Shown: piece by piece, positions 1-11,200 of the stretch
Layout: each line of letters starts with the position of its first letter
Position numbering within the stretch: position 1 is the stretch's first letter
Assembly: GCF_009914755.1 (NCBI RefSeq)
Contig: NC_060947.1
From: the human T2T-CHM13v2.0 reference genome, Homo sapiens
Length of the DNA: 64,000 nt
Strand: one strand, 5' to 3'
Made by a program: the position numbers and the translations under genes
The notes under the pieces: model-generated
Told to the model about the DNA's origin: nothing
The model's database searches: none
The model's input: only the letters and a program-made list of their open reading frames with translations

Positions 1-279
1 TCTTCTCTCCTGTCAGACCTCAAAATGTGCCCAGTTCCTTAAAGGTATGTGTCCCATTGGTTTACAACTCTTCATTCCCTTCCTAAGAATGAGCACGTGT
101 ACTAAAACAAAATTAGTACATGTCATCCAAATATTGTCAGGGTAATAAAATTCCTAAAATTAGGCATCTTGGTGCTTTATGTAGATGCAAACTTGAAAAG
201 CAGCTATGTCCAAGTTTTCCTTTAGGATCCTCCCAAGAGATATTTTACAAACTCCTCTAGCATTGCTAATTATTTTTTT

Positions 280-325
280 AAAAAAAAAAAGAGTCATTTT
301 TTCAGATCTATAAATTTCATTTATT
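280..325 (-). terminator. Candidate polyadenylation signal of the pri-miRNA
   Basis: TTTATT at 320-325 reads AAUAAA on the minus strand, about 200 nt past miR-363; a U-run (A-tract at 280-290) lies about 30 nt downstream. Confidence 0.4.
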
Positions 326-524
326 TTGAGGTTCATTCACATTCAGTAACAATCTGATCATTCACCAAAGTTCCAAAACACATACTTTATAAATTAGCTA
401 TCATAGTTTTTAGAAATCCAAATATATTTCAAATTATTTTTTAATAGCAGCAACTAGAGAAAGGATTTTTTACCATCTAGCTTACTGTAGCGCTGATCAG
501 GAATGTCGCCAACAAAGGTCCTGC

Positions 525-599
525 GGTTTACAGATGGATACCGTGCAATTTTTCTCCTATGATACTCATCAAAATTGCATCGTGATCCACCCGACAACA
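525..599 (-). ncRNA. MIR363: pre-miR-363 hairpin (mature 3p at 529-550)
   Basis: Reverse complement of 529-550 is AAUUGCACGGUAUCCAUCUGUA (miR-363-3p); the complementary 5p arm CGGGUGGAUCACGAUGCAAUUU is present. Confidence 0.98.
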
Positions 600-684
600 G
601 CAAAACAGATCATTTTACAATGACTAAATATCAGAACTTACGGCTTTTAAAAGTTAAAATAAGAAGACGATAAAAATCCTCCTT

Positions 685-759
685 TCTTCCACAGGCCGGG
701 ACAAGTGCAATACTTTATATAGAACACAAGTAATGCAACAAATCCCCACCCAGGGATGA
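685..759 (-). ncRNA. MIR92A2: pre-miR-92a-2 hairpin (mature 3p at 691-712)
   Basis: Reverse complement of 691-712 is UAUUGCACUUGUCCCGGCCUGU; the 5p arm GGGUGGGGAUUUGUUGCAUUAC is specific to 92a-2. Confidence 0.98.
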
Positions 760-817
760 ATGGGCATGAGTGCTGGAGATACGCATGAAGGTGTGTTCAC
801 ACAGACGTAGGAAGCAC

Positions 818-913
818 ACATTATCACAATCAGTTTTGCATGGATTTGCACAGCCACATATACATATATACGCTGAAATGCAAACCTGCAAAACTAATTG
901 TAAGTAGCAATGT
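818..913 (-). ncRNA. MIR19B2: pre-miR-19b-2 hairpin (mature 3p at 830-852)
   Basis: Reverse complement of 830-852 is UGUGCAAAUCCAUGCAAAACUGA; the 5p arm is AGUUUUGCAGGUUUGCAUUUCA. Confidence 0.98.
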
Positions 914-955
914 CTTTGAATATTCTCTCCATCAACAAGAGATTTGTTATCCAAG

Positions 956-1024
956 AGTACTGGAAGTGCCCATACTACAGTAGAGTCATGCCAAAACTAC
1001 CTGCACTATGAGCACTTTGGTACT
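956..1024 (-). ncRNA. MIR20B: pre-miR-20b hairpin (mature 5p at 997-1019)
   Basis: Reverse complement of 997-1019 is CAAAGUGCUCAUAGUGCAGGUAG. Confidence 0.98.
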
Positions 1025-1187
1025 ACTAGGACCCAATCTTATCCTCTGTACACAACTGTACACTGCACAGTCCCCACCATCTGTTCCCAACAAACAATAA
1101 AAAGGCAAAAAACAAACCACTGAAATGTGTCCTATTCAAATTACTACTCAAGGCATACTTTTAAAATGCTGTATATTAGGCAGCCTG

Positions 1188-1258
1188 TGCCAGAAGGGGC
1201 ATTTAGGGCAGTAGATTCTAAGCTGCTTCACTAACTGCACTAGATGCACCTTAACACA
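1188..1258 (-). ncRNA. MIR18B: pre-miR-18b hairpin (mature 5p at 1231-1253)
   Basis: Reverse complement of 1231-1253 is UAAGGUGCAUCUAGUGCAGUUAG. Confidence 0.98.
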
Positions 1259-1344
1259 AGAGACACATTATAAGAAGCAGCTCAAAAGCATCAACTACTT
1301 AATTATGCACAAACTACAGTTCTCAGTAGCCATTGACTAAATCA

Positions 1345-1425
1345 CCATGGTAATGTAAGAAGTGCTTACATTGCAGTAGATCTCAAAAAGCTACCTGCAC
1401 TGTAAGCACTTTTACATGGCCAAGG
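1345..1425 (-). ncRNA. MIR106A: pre-miR-106a hairpin (mature 5p at 1391-1413)
   Basis: Reverse complement of 1391-1413 is AAAAGUGCUUACAGUGCAGGUAG. Confidence 0.98.
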
Positions 1426-2669
1426 CCTATTCCTGTAGCAAAATTTTAAGTCTTCCAGGAGCTCTTCTTTTCCGTCCTCACAGATCCATGCAGACTCACC
1501 TGGTTAAAACAACAAAACAAACACACACATATTAGAAACTAAACAAGTAAACTACTAGTTAATATTCCTGAAACAGGCTTTCCTTTGGCTTACAGAGTCT
1601 AAGCTAGGTTTTGTGGTTTCAACCAAATCCTGAGAAATATTAATAATCTCAATTATTTACACAGAATTGAACACGAATAACACTGGCAACTGCAAAAAGT
1701 CCAATTCTTATGTATAAGCAGATTTTGGACTCCCCCTCTCCATCTAAGAAAATTTGATATCTGCATCTCAGTAATTTGCAGGCACATTCTATCCACCCTG
1801 ATTTTATAAGAGGAGGACCTAGAGAAAGGAGCATGTAAAACCCAGGATGAGTATTCGAGTCTTCAGATCATTCAGAGCTTTTGGGCTCCATACGGAAAGT
1901 GACTGTTAGATTAAATGAATATTCCCAGCCCCCACCCCATTAATAGAAAATGAGAGAAATTTTAGAGCTGGTTTAAGAAACACAGCCTTACAGTCTTCAC
2001 ATAATGCACAGATGGCTGAGAGATGTCACATTTTGATCTATTTCAAAGGGCTCTACTTCTGTTTAAACATTTATGGACCCATTTTCTCCATTAAACCAAA
2101 GTAGGCAGATTAGCTCTTCTTCCCTTCATGTCATTATCTTCCATAAGAAAACCTTCTCCCATTTCCAAGTGCTTATTTTACCTAAGAACATACAGCAAGG
2201 AAGTGAGCCTCTATGTGAAAAAGGCTCACAGGGTCCCCTATCTCTTCCATGATGGGGTAACTTTTGTTTAAAAGAAAAACAAAAACGTTTGGGACAGAAT
2301 CTGTAATACGTTAAACGAGTGAGGGAATTTTAAATGTTGAACTTTCGTCACGATATCTTATGCCACTAAATGAGTCTTTAGAAGTCTTTACAAACTAAAC
2401 TGATTTATAAAACTTATACATCAATCTGGAATCAATTTTCTATTAGGGAAGAATGGATTTAGTATAGAAATGAGAAAAATAACATTTTTCCCCTTAAATT
2501 GGGTTTCTACACCTGTGAAGATTTCTTTTCCATTAAAAAAAAAATACTCCAAACTTGACTCAAAATGCATAGTATTTGCCAACCCAACCTGGCCAAACTG
2601 AGCCCCACAGCCATCAGACAGGGCGCCCTTCTAGTTACTACCTTTTGCTAATTAGCGGTTCATCTGGCA

Positions 2670-5260
2670 TCCCTCGCGCACGCTGGGCAGTCACTCTCCA
2701 ATCCCCTTAAATTGCAAATAATAATAATAATAATAAGGAAAAGAAAGAAAGAAGTCCTTCCCTGTACGCCTTTGTGGCTCCCTTTTGCCTCTTCCCGCGT
2801 CTCTCACACCCTTACCTAATGCTCCCGTTGAAGTCCGCGAGCAGCCCGCGCGTCCAGGGTGTGCTCCAGCTGCTCACACCACGCGCTCCAGTCCTCGTGC
2901 AGCCTCAGCCGCCGCCGAAATTAAAGAGAAAGAAACAAAGCATCATGGGAAACGGAGTTCTCCATTCAAAGCACCAAAAACGCGCCAAGCCCACGCCTCC
3001 CTCCCCCTCCATTCCCGGGTTGGTGGGATAGAAGCCAAGAGGGAGGGGAGTCCCTTTTTTCCCTCCACGTGCACCCCCTCATTTCACACCCTCACCACCA
3101 AAGTTTTCCAGGAACCTAAAGGTCAACGGTGGAGAAGAAAAGGGGAGTCGTTTCCCGCGCGCTGCCCGCTACCCCTCAACCGCACTCTGGTACTTTGCTT
3201 TTCTCAAGTCCCGCCCGCTCCGTCCCCTCCCACCCAACCAGTCAACTCTACCGGATCACAGCTGCCCCAACGAAGGGCTCCCTTCTTGCCCAGCCACCCG
3301 CTCGGGAAACCGCGCGCGGGACCCAGCTCCGGCCCGCCCCTCGCAGGTGGAGAGCGCGGGGATCCCGCACGGGCCGCCCTCTCCGGGTGTCCCCTCCACA
3401 CGTATACCCAGTGTCCCAGCGCGCAGCTCGAGCGCTCCGGGGCCGGGTGCGAGCGCAGTCTCCCGCGGAGCCAGAAGGGGAAGAGAAGTGAGAAAAAGCG
3501 TCCACTAAATGGATCAAGGCCGCGAGCGCACATCTCACCCCAAAGCGCCCCTGTCCAGAGCGACGCGGGGCCACGAGCCTCCCTGCCACCACTTGAGGAG
3601 CGCTCCGTCCCCTTGGCCCTCTGTCCGTAGCTATATCCCTGGGAAAAGCCCGCCCCTCTGCCTTTAATAGCCCAAGGAAAAAAGCCCGCCCCCGCCCACC
3701 GGGCCCGCACAGGAATTAGGAAACGGAACCCCCACCCCGCCAAAGCGAAAACCCCACCGAGCCCCAGTTACCCACGGGCGGACCGCAGTCGGCATTTTCC
3801 CTTCTCTCTTCCCCCAAGCTGGAGTCCTTAATTAAAGGCGCGCCTGGGACAGCGGCCCAGGCAGAGGCCGTGGCCGGAGCCGGTGCGGGTGCCACCGGCA
3901 TCCGGGCCAGGATGGCGCACTCACTACCACCTTGTCCCATCTCGCTCCCGCGGCGCTCGCCTCAGCCCCCCACCGGAGACAGACGACGAGGCCCACGGAG
4001 CCGTGGGACAGGGGTGTCCCCCACCCGGCGCGCGCATGCGCGCCACCTCGCCGCTAGATTGAAAGTGTTCCTAAGGCCCGAGGAGGGAAGAAATAGAAAC
4101 ACGACTTACTCTCTGCACATGTGAAAGTTTTAACCCCTAGCACCTTGTGCTACTGTTGGGAGGCTTTCGCCCTTGCCAGGCGCCCTCTTCACCCACTAAA
4201 TCAGGGTTTCTTGGCAGGTATCGTTAACGGTAGCAGCCACCGAATACACGCGCAAATGTGCGGAAGATACGGTGCAATTATCTTGCTTTCTCCTCTCATT
4301 CCACCGCTAATGAGAACCAATTGAGGGCGGGCTGCTTCAAGGCCAAAGCCCGACAGCGCTCTGTAGAATAAAATGATGTCTTAGTTTAAGACGCACAATC
4401 AAAATGGAATTAAGCATACCAGACTTTGAACACCGGGCAAAATGAGAGACAACCGGGCTATATACCTTCTCCGCGTCCCTGGCGGACACAGGCGCAAGAT
4501 GGGATTTGGGGAGCGTGCGGGGGTTGGGGGGGTGGGCGGGGGTGTGCAGGGTACGAGGTTACAAATCAGAGACCAGTGAGCACGCTGGGTCGGAGGAGGA
4601 AAGCCCTGGAAGGCAAGCGGGGGGCAAGGAAGGAGGGAAGGGGTGCAAAATGAAGCCGGACCCCTCCCTTTCCACCATTGTTACCAGGGTGATTGTGGCA
4701 GCCCAAAGCCCAGAAGAGGACAAGGGCGCCATGTGATTCTCAACCTGGTGCACTGGTGCACAGTAGTAGCTCAGGCAAACATTACAAAAGACTGGCCTCT
4801 CCCGCCCCTGGCCCGCGAAAGAGTCCAACCTGAACTGCCAGCGCCCCTCAGGAGTCAGCGGTGGATGCAACGAAAACCACAATCATTTCTCCAACGCGAG
4901 TCACTCGCACAGGTGGGCTTCCTCCCCTTTTTCATGCAACAGACCTTGCAGCCTACCCTGGCACGTCTGCGTGATACTTTCTGGAAACTACGCAGCCCGA
5001 AGTTTACTACCCAACCAGATCCCTCCTGTGAGATTGCACCGACTGCAATGCAACTTTCGACCTTTAATGGTAACGACTAGCAGTGGAAAGAAGAGGAGGG
5101 GGAGGGAAGAGAACTTAGACCCGACTTTAAGAAGCGTTGTATTAAAGCAAGATAAGAACAGTACCTTTGAGCTGGAGCAAAACCTGGAGTAAAAAAAAGG
5201 GTTTTTGCGAAAGTGGCGCGAAGATAATATCATGTGATCCGACCCCAGGGCGTCTCCTTC
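2670..5260. promoter_or_regulatory. CpG island / promoter region of the miRNA host transcript
   Basis: High GC and dense CpG against AT-rich flanks; GC boxes 3648-3697, E-box CACGTG 3066-3071, E2F-like TTTCCCGC 3151-3158, NRF1-like palindrome 4030-4043. Confidence 0.88.
3630..3700 (-). promoter_or_regulatory. Candidate minus-strand core promoter (GC boxes plus TATA-like element)
   Basis: Minus strand reads GGGCGGGGGCGGGC, then CTATTAAAGG (3670-3661); predicted TSS about 3635-3640. Confidence 0.4.
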
Positions 5261-8200
5261 CCCTTTTGCCAAACTCCCCTCCCCTCGAAAAAAGGGGGGT
5301 TGGGGGAGCTACATCCGCTCCTCACAAACTATTAGCATAATTAATTGTGTCCTACAGCTGCAGCCAGAGCTCCCGGGTCAATGAGTAAACATATCCTCAT
5401 CCTCTTCAACATCAGAACAAAAAAACCCATTACCCTGATTTTGGAAAATGTTCCCAAATAAATCTCATTATCTTCAAAAGTCTTTATTTGGTATTCGGAG
5501 TCTATGTGTCTTGGTTGGAGAGACAGAAGAAGGTTGGAAAAGATGAAATCATCCTATTAAAGGGAACAAGTAGAAGTAACTCCCCAAGAGTGACATATTT
5601 AAGTAAAGGTTTTCAAATGGAAATACCGTGTTGAGGGACTTCACTAGCTTAAAATTTTCCAAAAGTTTTAGCAGTTCATTAAACAAGACATCCTCCCAGT
5701 CTTCCTATTCGCCACCCCCCATCTCCCACCCCTCCTCCCAGTCCTCCTTCCCTTTAAAGCTAGAACAATACCCGGAATAAGGTATTTTGAGATTGCTTTA
5801 CCAGGATATTTTCTTGTTCTTAATTTTTTTTAAGGGTTTGCAACATATAGAATGTCTGGATCAAGTTCCCAACTGGCGAAAATAATTTATTCCATCTCAG
5901 TACCTGTCTAGCACAAGGTAAAACTAACTAAGTACAAGATATAGGTTATGAGAAACTAGGACATTTTGATACACCAAATGATTTATTTTTGTCTCTTTCT
6001 TTTGGAAAAAAAATTTAATCATCGGCCAAAATACCTAGAGAATCAAAAAAATCTAAAGAACAAAGCATTTCACACACACCCCCCCCAAAAGTCAGAATAA
6101 CTAACAGCTCAAAGAAAAGCACGTGATCCCTTCATGCTTTAAAACTTGTGGTCATGCTGAGGCTAAAAGCAAAGAGCTTGTGACCCCGCAACCCCGTCCC
6201 CTCCCCCAGACCACAGCCCAGGGCTTAAGGCTCCAGGCTCCCACCGGGCTCCTGCTCGCTCCCAGTATTGTGAGACAAACAATACTTAGGCATTCTGCAA
6301 AATAAAGGAGCCACAACTCCTATCCCCCAGTCACATCATTTATGACCAAACAGACTGGCCGGTGTGCGTATATACGCATGTATGTAAATATGATATAGAA
6401 TACATGCCTACACGAAAGCCCAGATGTTCTGTCAGAATGTGTAAGAAAGGTATGGAAACTGGCCAAAGGGAGGGAGAACTTGTTATCTTTCGTGAGCCTA
6501 AGGATTCTCATCACAACTTTAAATTCTTGACACTATTTTGAGTTTATGATGGATTCAAAGAAAAACGGTGAATGCCCAGCAAAATATTCCCCTCAAAATA
6601 GACCCACTTTGAGCTTTCCTCTGCCTTGAAAAGGGGTGAAGGGATTCTTCTGTATTGACCTCTAGATTTAATTATGCCATATAAAGCAGCAATCTCAAGT
6701 AGTTTGGATTTGAACACCTTTAAGAATAAAATTGACATTTTACCCAGTTGAGAAATCATGTTACTTGATTTAGAAATAATATTAAGTGGCTTTGTTAAAC
6801 CTAATGATTGGTATCTTAGAACAAAAAGGTCCCCATGGAAACCAGAAAGTAATTTAAGAGTATTATGTTCCTCACACAACTAGAATAGAGCTTTTGTTCT
6901 ATGTGTATTTACTACTCTACATTTTTGAACTACACTTGCAATTAAGGTCTGTTACACTCTGGTTTTGCCCAGGATGAGAAGTTTAGTGTCCCACTGAAAT
7001 ATGTGTTTTGCTACATTTGTGTGTTTATGTTCATGTGCTCATGTGCATGCCCATGAGGCCTAAAACAAAGCCAGCAGATCAGAACACTCACTAAACAGAA
7101 TGGAGGCGGAAGATCCCAAACAAAATATTTCAAATGCTATTTTGCTATTTGATCCTAGAGCAGGAACTGTGATTTCATTAGAAGTCTATCAAAACTGGTC
7201 TTCACTAACTTTATTTTTTAAACGAAGTATTCCTTCATTTGCAAACATTTCATAGTTTTTAGATGAATCAATCTTCTTTTGAATGCCAATCATACTAACA
7301 CAAATCAGCCTGAAAAAATGAAATTTGAATTTTTTGGACCAGGCCTTAATTTGTTTATGAAAATTTATGTCAGCAGAACAAAGAGAAAAATTAGAGTCAG
7401 TAATGAATTTCTGAATCTTATTTCTTTTCAATAGCATATGCCAACATAAATCATGTAAATGAAATAAATACATCTTCAACTAAATAGCGTCCATGAGAAT
7501 GAAATATCAATTTCAAAAGATTTGCCACTTGATAAGAAGCAGAAAATTTCACTAATTGAACATGCACAGTTAATATAACTTAGTTTAAAAAATGTAGAAA
7601 GTAAAAATATACTTATCCCAATCTCAAAGGATTTTATGAAGACCAAATGGCACCAGAAGGTGGATCAACTTTTCTGATATACAAATACGTTTAAAATACA
7701 CATTTTACTAAATTTTACTTGTAAGTAAACCTTACTTTTACAAGCTGGTCTTTGCTAACTTTGATTTTTTAGAATAAGTGTCTATTTACAAACATTTCTT
7801 ATCTCTAGTAATGATTTAATCTTATTTTAAATCAAAAGAGTAATCAAATTAAAATACAATTAAATTACATCTCACATAATTCAGCTGAAATATGTTGGTA
7901 CTAGAACTTACAACATGGAGCTAATTTTGCTATTATGTGATGCCTTAAAATTACCTTGTTGTGTGGGTCTTTGCTTTTCTCAGTAGTATGTTAAAACACA
8001 ATTTCCTCTCACTAACAACCATATTTTTTACATGTCAAATATTTTACATCAAAATATGTGTGCAAATATTGAAAAGATATAAGAATAACCTGCTTGCCAT
8101 CAGTAGAAAAATTGTTTCTCAAATTAATTCTCCCACCTTGAGAATAGACTCAGTAGACATTAAAGTGATTCACTATTAAGATTAAATAGTGTTAAAGGTA

Positions 8201-11200
8201 TTTTTACACTCTGTTTGAAACACTTTGATTTTCCTGTTTATGTGACCTTAGAAGTGGAACTTCTGGTATTACAAACCATAAAATTGCTAGCAGACTGTAA
8301 TACTATAATCAAAGAAAAAGCTGTAAACCAGAAATGTTTTACACACATCACTTTTTTCAATCACTTTTCTGATTAAGTTTGTCCATCTTTGCACCATTAT
8401 AAATTTTCTAAGTGGAAAATATGTCATGGTACGGAACACAATAAAAAATATAGTTTTACATTCAAAACAGTCTCTAAAACGTCATCACCATAACATTGTC
8501 TTCCAAAGCAAGTAAATCATGGTATTAAAAATTATCTCATTATTTAATAATCTTACACCAATAAGTCTGTTATTGAAAATGTCATGATTGAGAAGTAAAA
8601 ACTCTAGATGACAAATATGCTTTTAAGTTAGGAAGCTTTAAGTTATTTAATATTCTGTCTGCTATAACTAAAATAAAGCATGATAATCTTCTACTACCTA
8701 TGTGCAAAGAGGGCAAAATGGTATTTTTTGGAGCCTCTCTCTTTTTTTCTCCTCAAAGATAACATTTATCCTTAGTTTGGTAGTACTCTGCTAAGCTTAG
8801 AGATTCTCTTTAACTGTCTCCTGACTTGTGATTGCTGAAGGAAGTAGAACTATTGTCTGGCCTTTTTTATGCTGAGGAGGAAGGCGCAGTGAAATGTGTT
8901 GAATTATCCAGATGCCTGAAAGGACTGCAATGAAAGCTTGCAACAACCTAAATAACAGGGCTAACACTCACTGTAAAAGGGAATCTTTCAACAGATACAG
9001 CCTACAGAGGACATCTACTTTTAAAATGAAAGGGGAGATTTTATTTTCTCAAAACAAATGTAATCTAGCTTACTTTTGAAATTTTTGAAAGGATGTCTAA
9101 GTCAACAGGAAGACTACTGATTTAAAAATCAAAGATGGAAAGATGAAGTTTTATTATTTAAAATCATATAATTTATGACCCTACTTGGAGCTCTGAGCAT
9201 ATTTTTATTCTTTCAGAAAAGAGTGAGCTGTCCATCTCATCCCTCACTTTTTAAAATCCTAATGAATTTTACTACTTGAAACTTTACTCCCTAAATTTAA
9301 AAAATGATTAACATCCCTAAGACGAACTGATCCTTTATAGCTTTCAGTGATCCCATTTCTATAGCTGCTACTTATTAAACCATCTTTAATAATTAAAATG
9401 GTTTATGTGCTAGTAGATAAAAGCAAGAAGAAAATGTGCAAGTTATGATCAAGTATGGATTGCATATTTGTGAAAATGTTTAGATATCAAATTGATAAAC
9501 TTGCTTAACTAAACATTATTCTAGGATCTGTTTTAAGTTTTCAAGAACTTAAGGTTAAAGAAGCAAACATGATATGTTGGTATGTATTACAAAAAGATAC
9601 TGTATTATAGTATGTTAAACTTTTATGTTTTTTATAATTAATTAACTAGATCAAAGTTCAGTGTTTCCTTGGAGGATATCAAGGCTAATAAACAAAGCCA
9701 TTTTAAATATAGAGTCTGCTTGTTGATTTTGGAGAAACAGCAAGACAAATAATTCTAGTGAATATCTAGGGTTAAATTATATTTTTAGAATGTAATACTT
9801 GACTAATCTGTAAATCCTTTCATAGCTATTTCATTTGCAGTTTTGCTTTAAAGGCCATTTAAACAAAAGCATGGAAACCACTAGATCTTGATGAACAGTG
9901 ATATGTAACTTCTTTAGAGTAAGATACACACCTTGCAATTACTAATAGCCTTCACACCCAATCATACTACTTTGGGCTTTCTTCAATTTGATCTGAAATA
10001 AAATGTGTTTTCTTCCTTTGTGTGTTTTAATCAAGCTTTTTCTGCAGTGCTTTCATGTTTATTCCAGTTGTCAAAAATATAATCTTGCTTCTGACATATT
10101 ATTTATCAGCGTTATCTGAATATTATATCTTTTATTACTTACTAGATATCCTCAACCCAAGTCATTTTTTAAAATTAAATGTGTCTGAGGATAATCAACA
10201 AACTAGAAATTGAATAGACCCCATCAGTTTGGTTAATCACCTAACAAAAGCAAGAACCAATTTTTATTTGCTGTGTTAGTTGGAGTCCTTGTTGTCCCAC
10301 TCAACTAATTACCCCTCTTCGGTAAGTTTCAAAAGGGTTTTCTTTAAATAGTAGTTTATAACATCTTTAAAATCTGCTGGGTGGGGAGAGTCCTACATTT
10401 AGTCAATTTTTACTTTTGTGTCAGAAATTTAAATATAAAAGTTGAGAGGATTCATTTTATACTTTGGTTCATAAACAAAGTGTCCTTTTTAATCCTTGTT
10501 TTGGTGTATAGTCCCTTGGTTTTCTGCAATTTCAACTATTTCATTTACAATTCAAACTCACCATTCTTAAACTAATCTCTACACTTGATTAATCCCTGCA
10601 TGCACACTGCATGTTTTTTAAACTCCAATAACGGTGTTACCAAGTTTATATAAAAGTCTTGATAATATTTAAGACCTAAAGCTCTTAGCAAATTAATTCT
10701 AAAATTAATGTTGCTGGCTTTTAACACTACCACATTTGCAGCTACATATCTAGCCTTAGACAGATTAGCACAATTTGCAAAAAGAATCCCAAATTCCAAC
10801 TTGTCTTTCATTTTGCCTGACTCCTGGTCAAGTGCTTAGGTTCTTTCAATGCTAAGTTTGTGGCAAAATACTATACATAACAGCATCAAACATGGAAATG
10901 ACTTAGCAGAGAATCTTTTAAAGGATGGTTGGAACCAATATGTTAGGTTTGGCAAGGTCCTCACTGGGCATCTAACCTAATCGCTTCATTTTACAGATGA
11001 GGAAACTGGAGCCCCAAAAATGACCTGCCTAAAATGCCTCCACTCATTGTCACAGAGCCAGGATAAAGAAAGACACTATTATGGTCAATTTTAAAAGAAA
11101 TTTTAAATAGTCCTTGACTGATTTTCAAGCTTGATTTTCCGGTAGGACCGTTATGAAAATTAAATGAGATCGTGTGTGAAATCTACAGATCACACAATGA

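Larger units (their letters stand above)
300..4300 (-). ncRNA. MIR106AHG: Host / primary transcript of the miR-106a~363 cluster (Kis2-like lncRNA); both ends uncertain
   Basis: Six co-oriented hairpins lie downstream of a CpG island; minus-strand splice-donor-like sites at 4109, 2815 and 1499; boundaries are inferred. Confidence 0.65.

Noticed and set aside
2203-2229. Inverted repeat GTGAGCCT-N11-AGGCTCAC as a seventh miRNA
   Set aside because: An 8-bp stem is far too short for a Drosha substrate and can arise by chance
2785-3743. 281-aa (+) and 179-aa (-) ORFs in the CpG island
   Set aside because: Non-ATG starts, low-complexity Pro/Arg/Ala/Gly composition and no recognisable domain; long ORFs are expected where GC-rich DNA lacks stop codons
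4426-5272. Overlapping 73-145 aa ORFs
   Set aside because: No recognisable homology; overlap in several frames is typical of GC-rich non-coding DNA
5325-5350. Octamer-like ATTAGCAT next to TAATTAATT as an OCT4/SOX2 element
   Set aside because: No properly spaced SOX half-site; a short AT-rich motif is insufficient evidence
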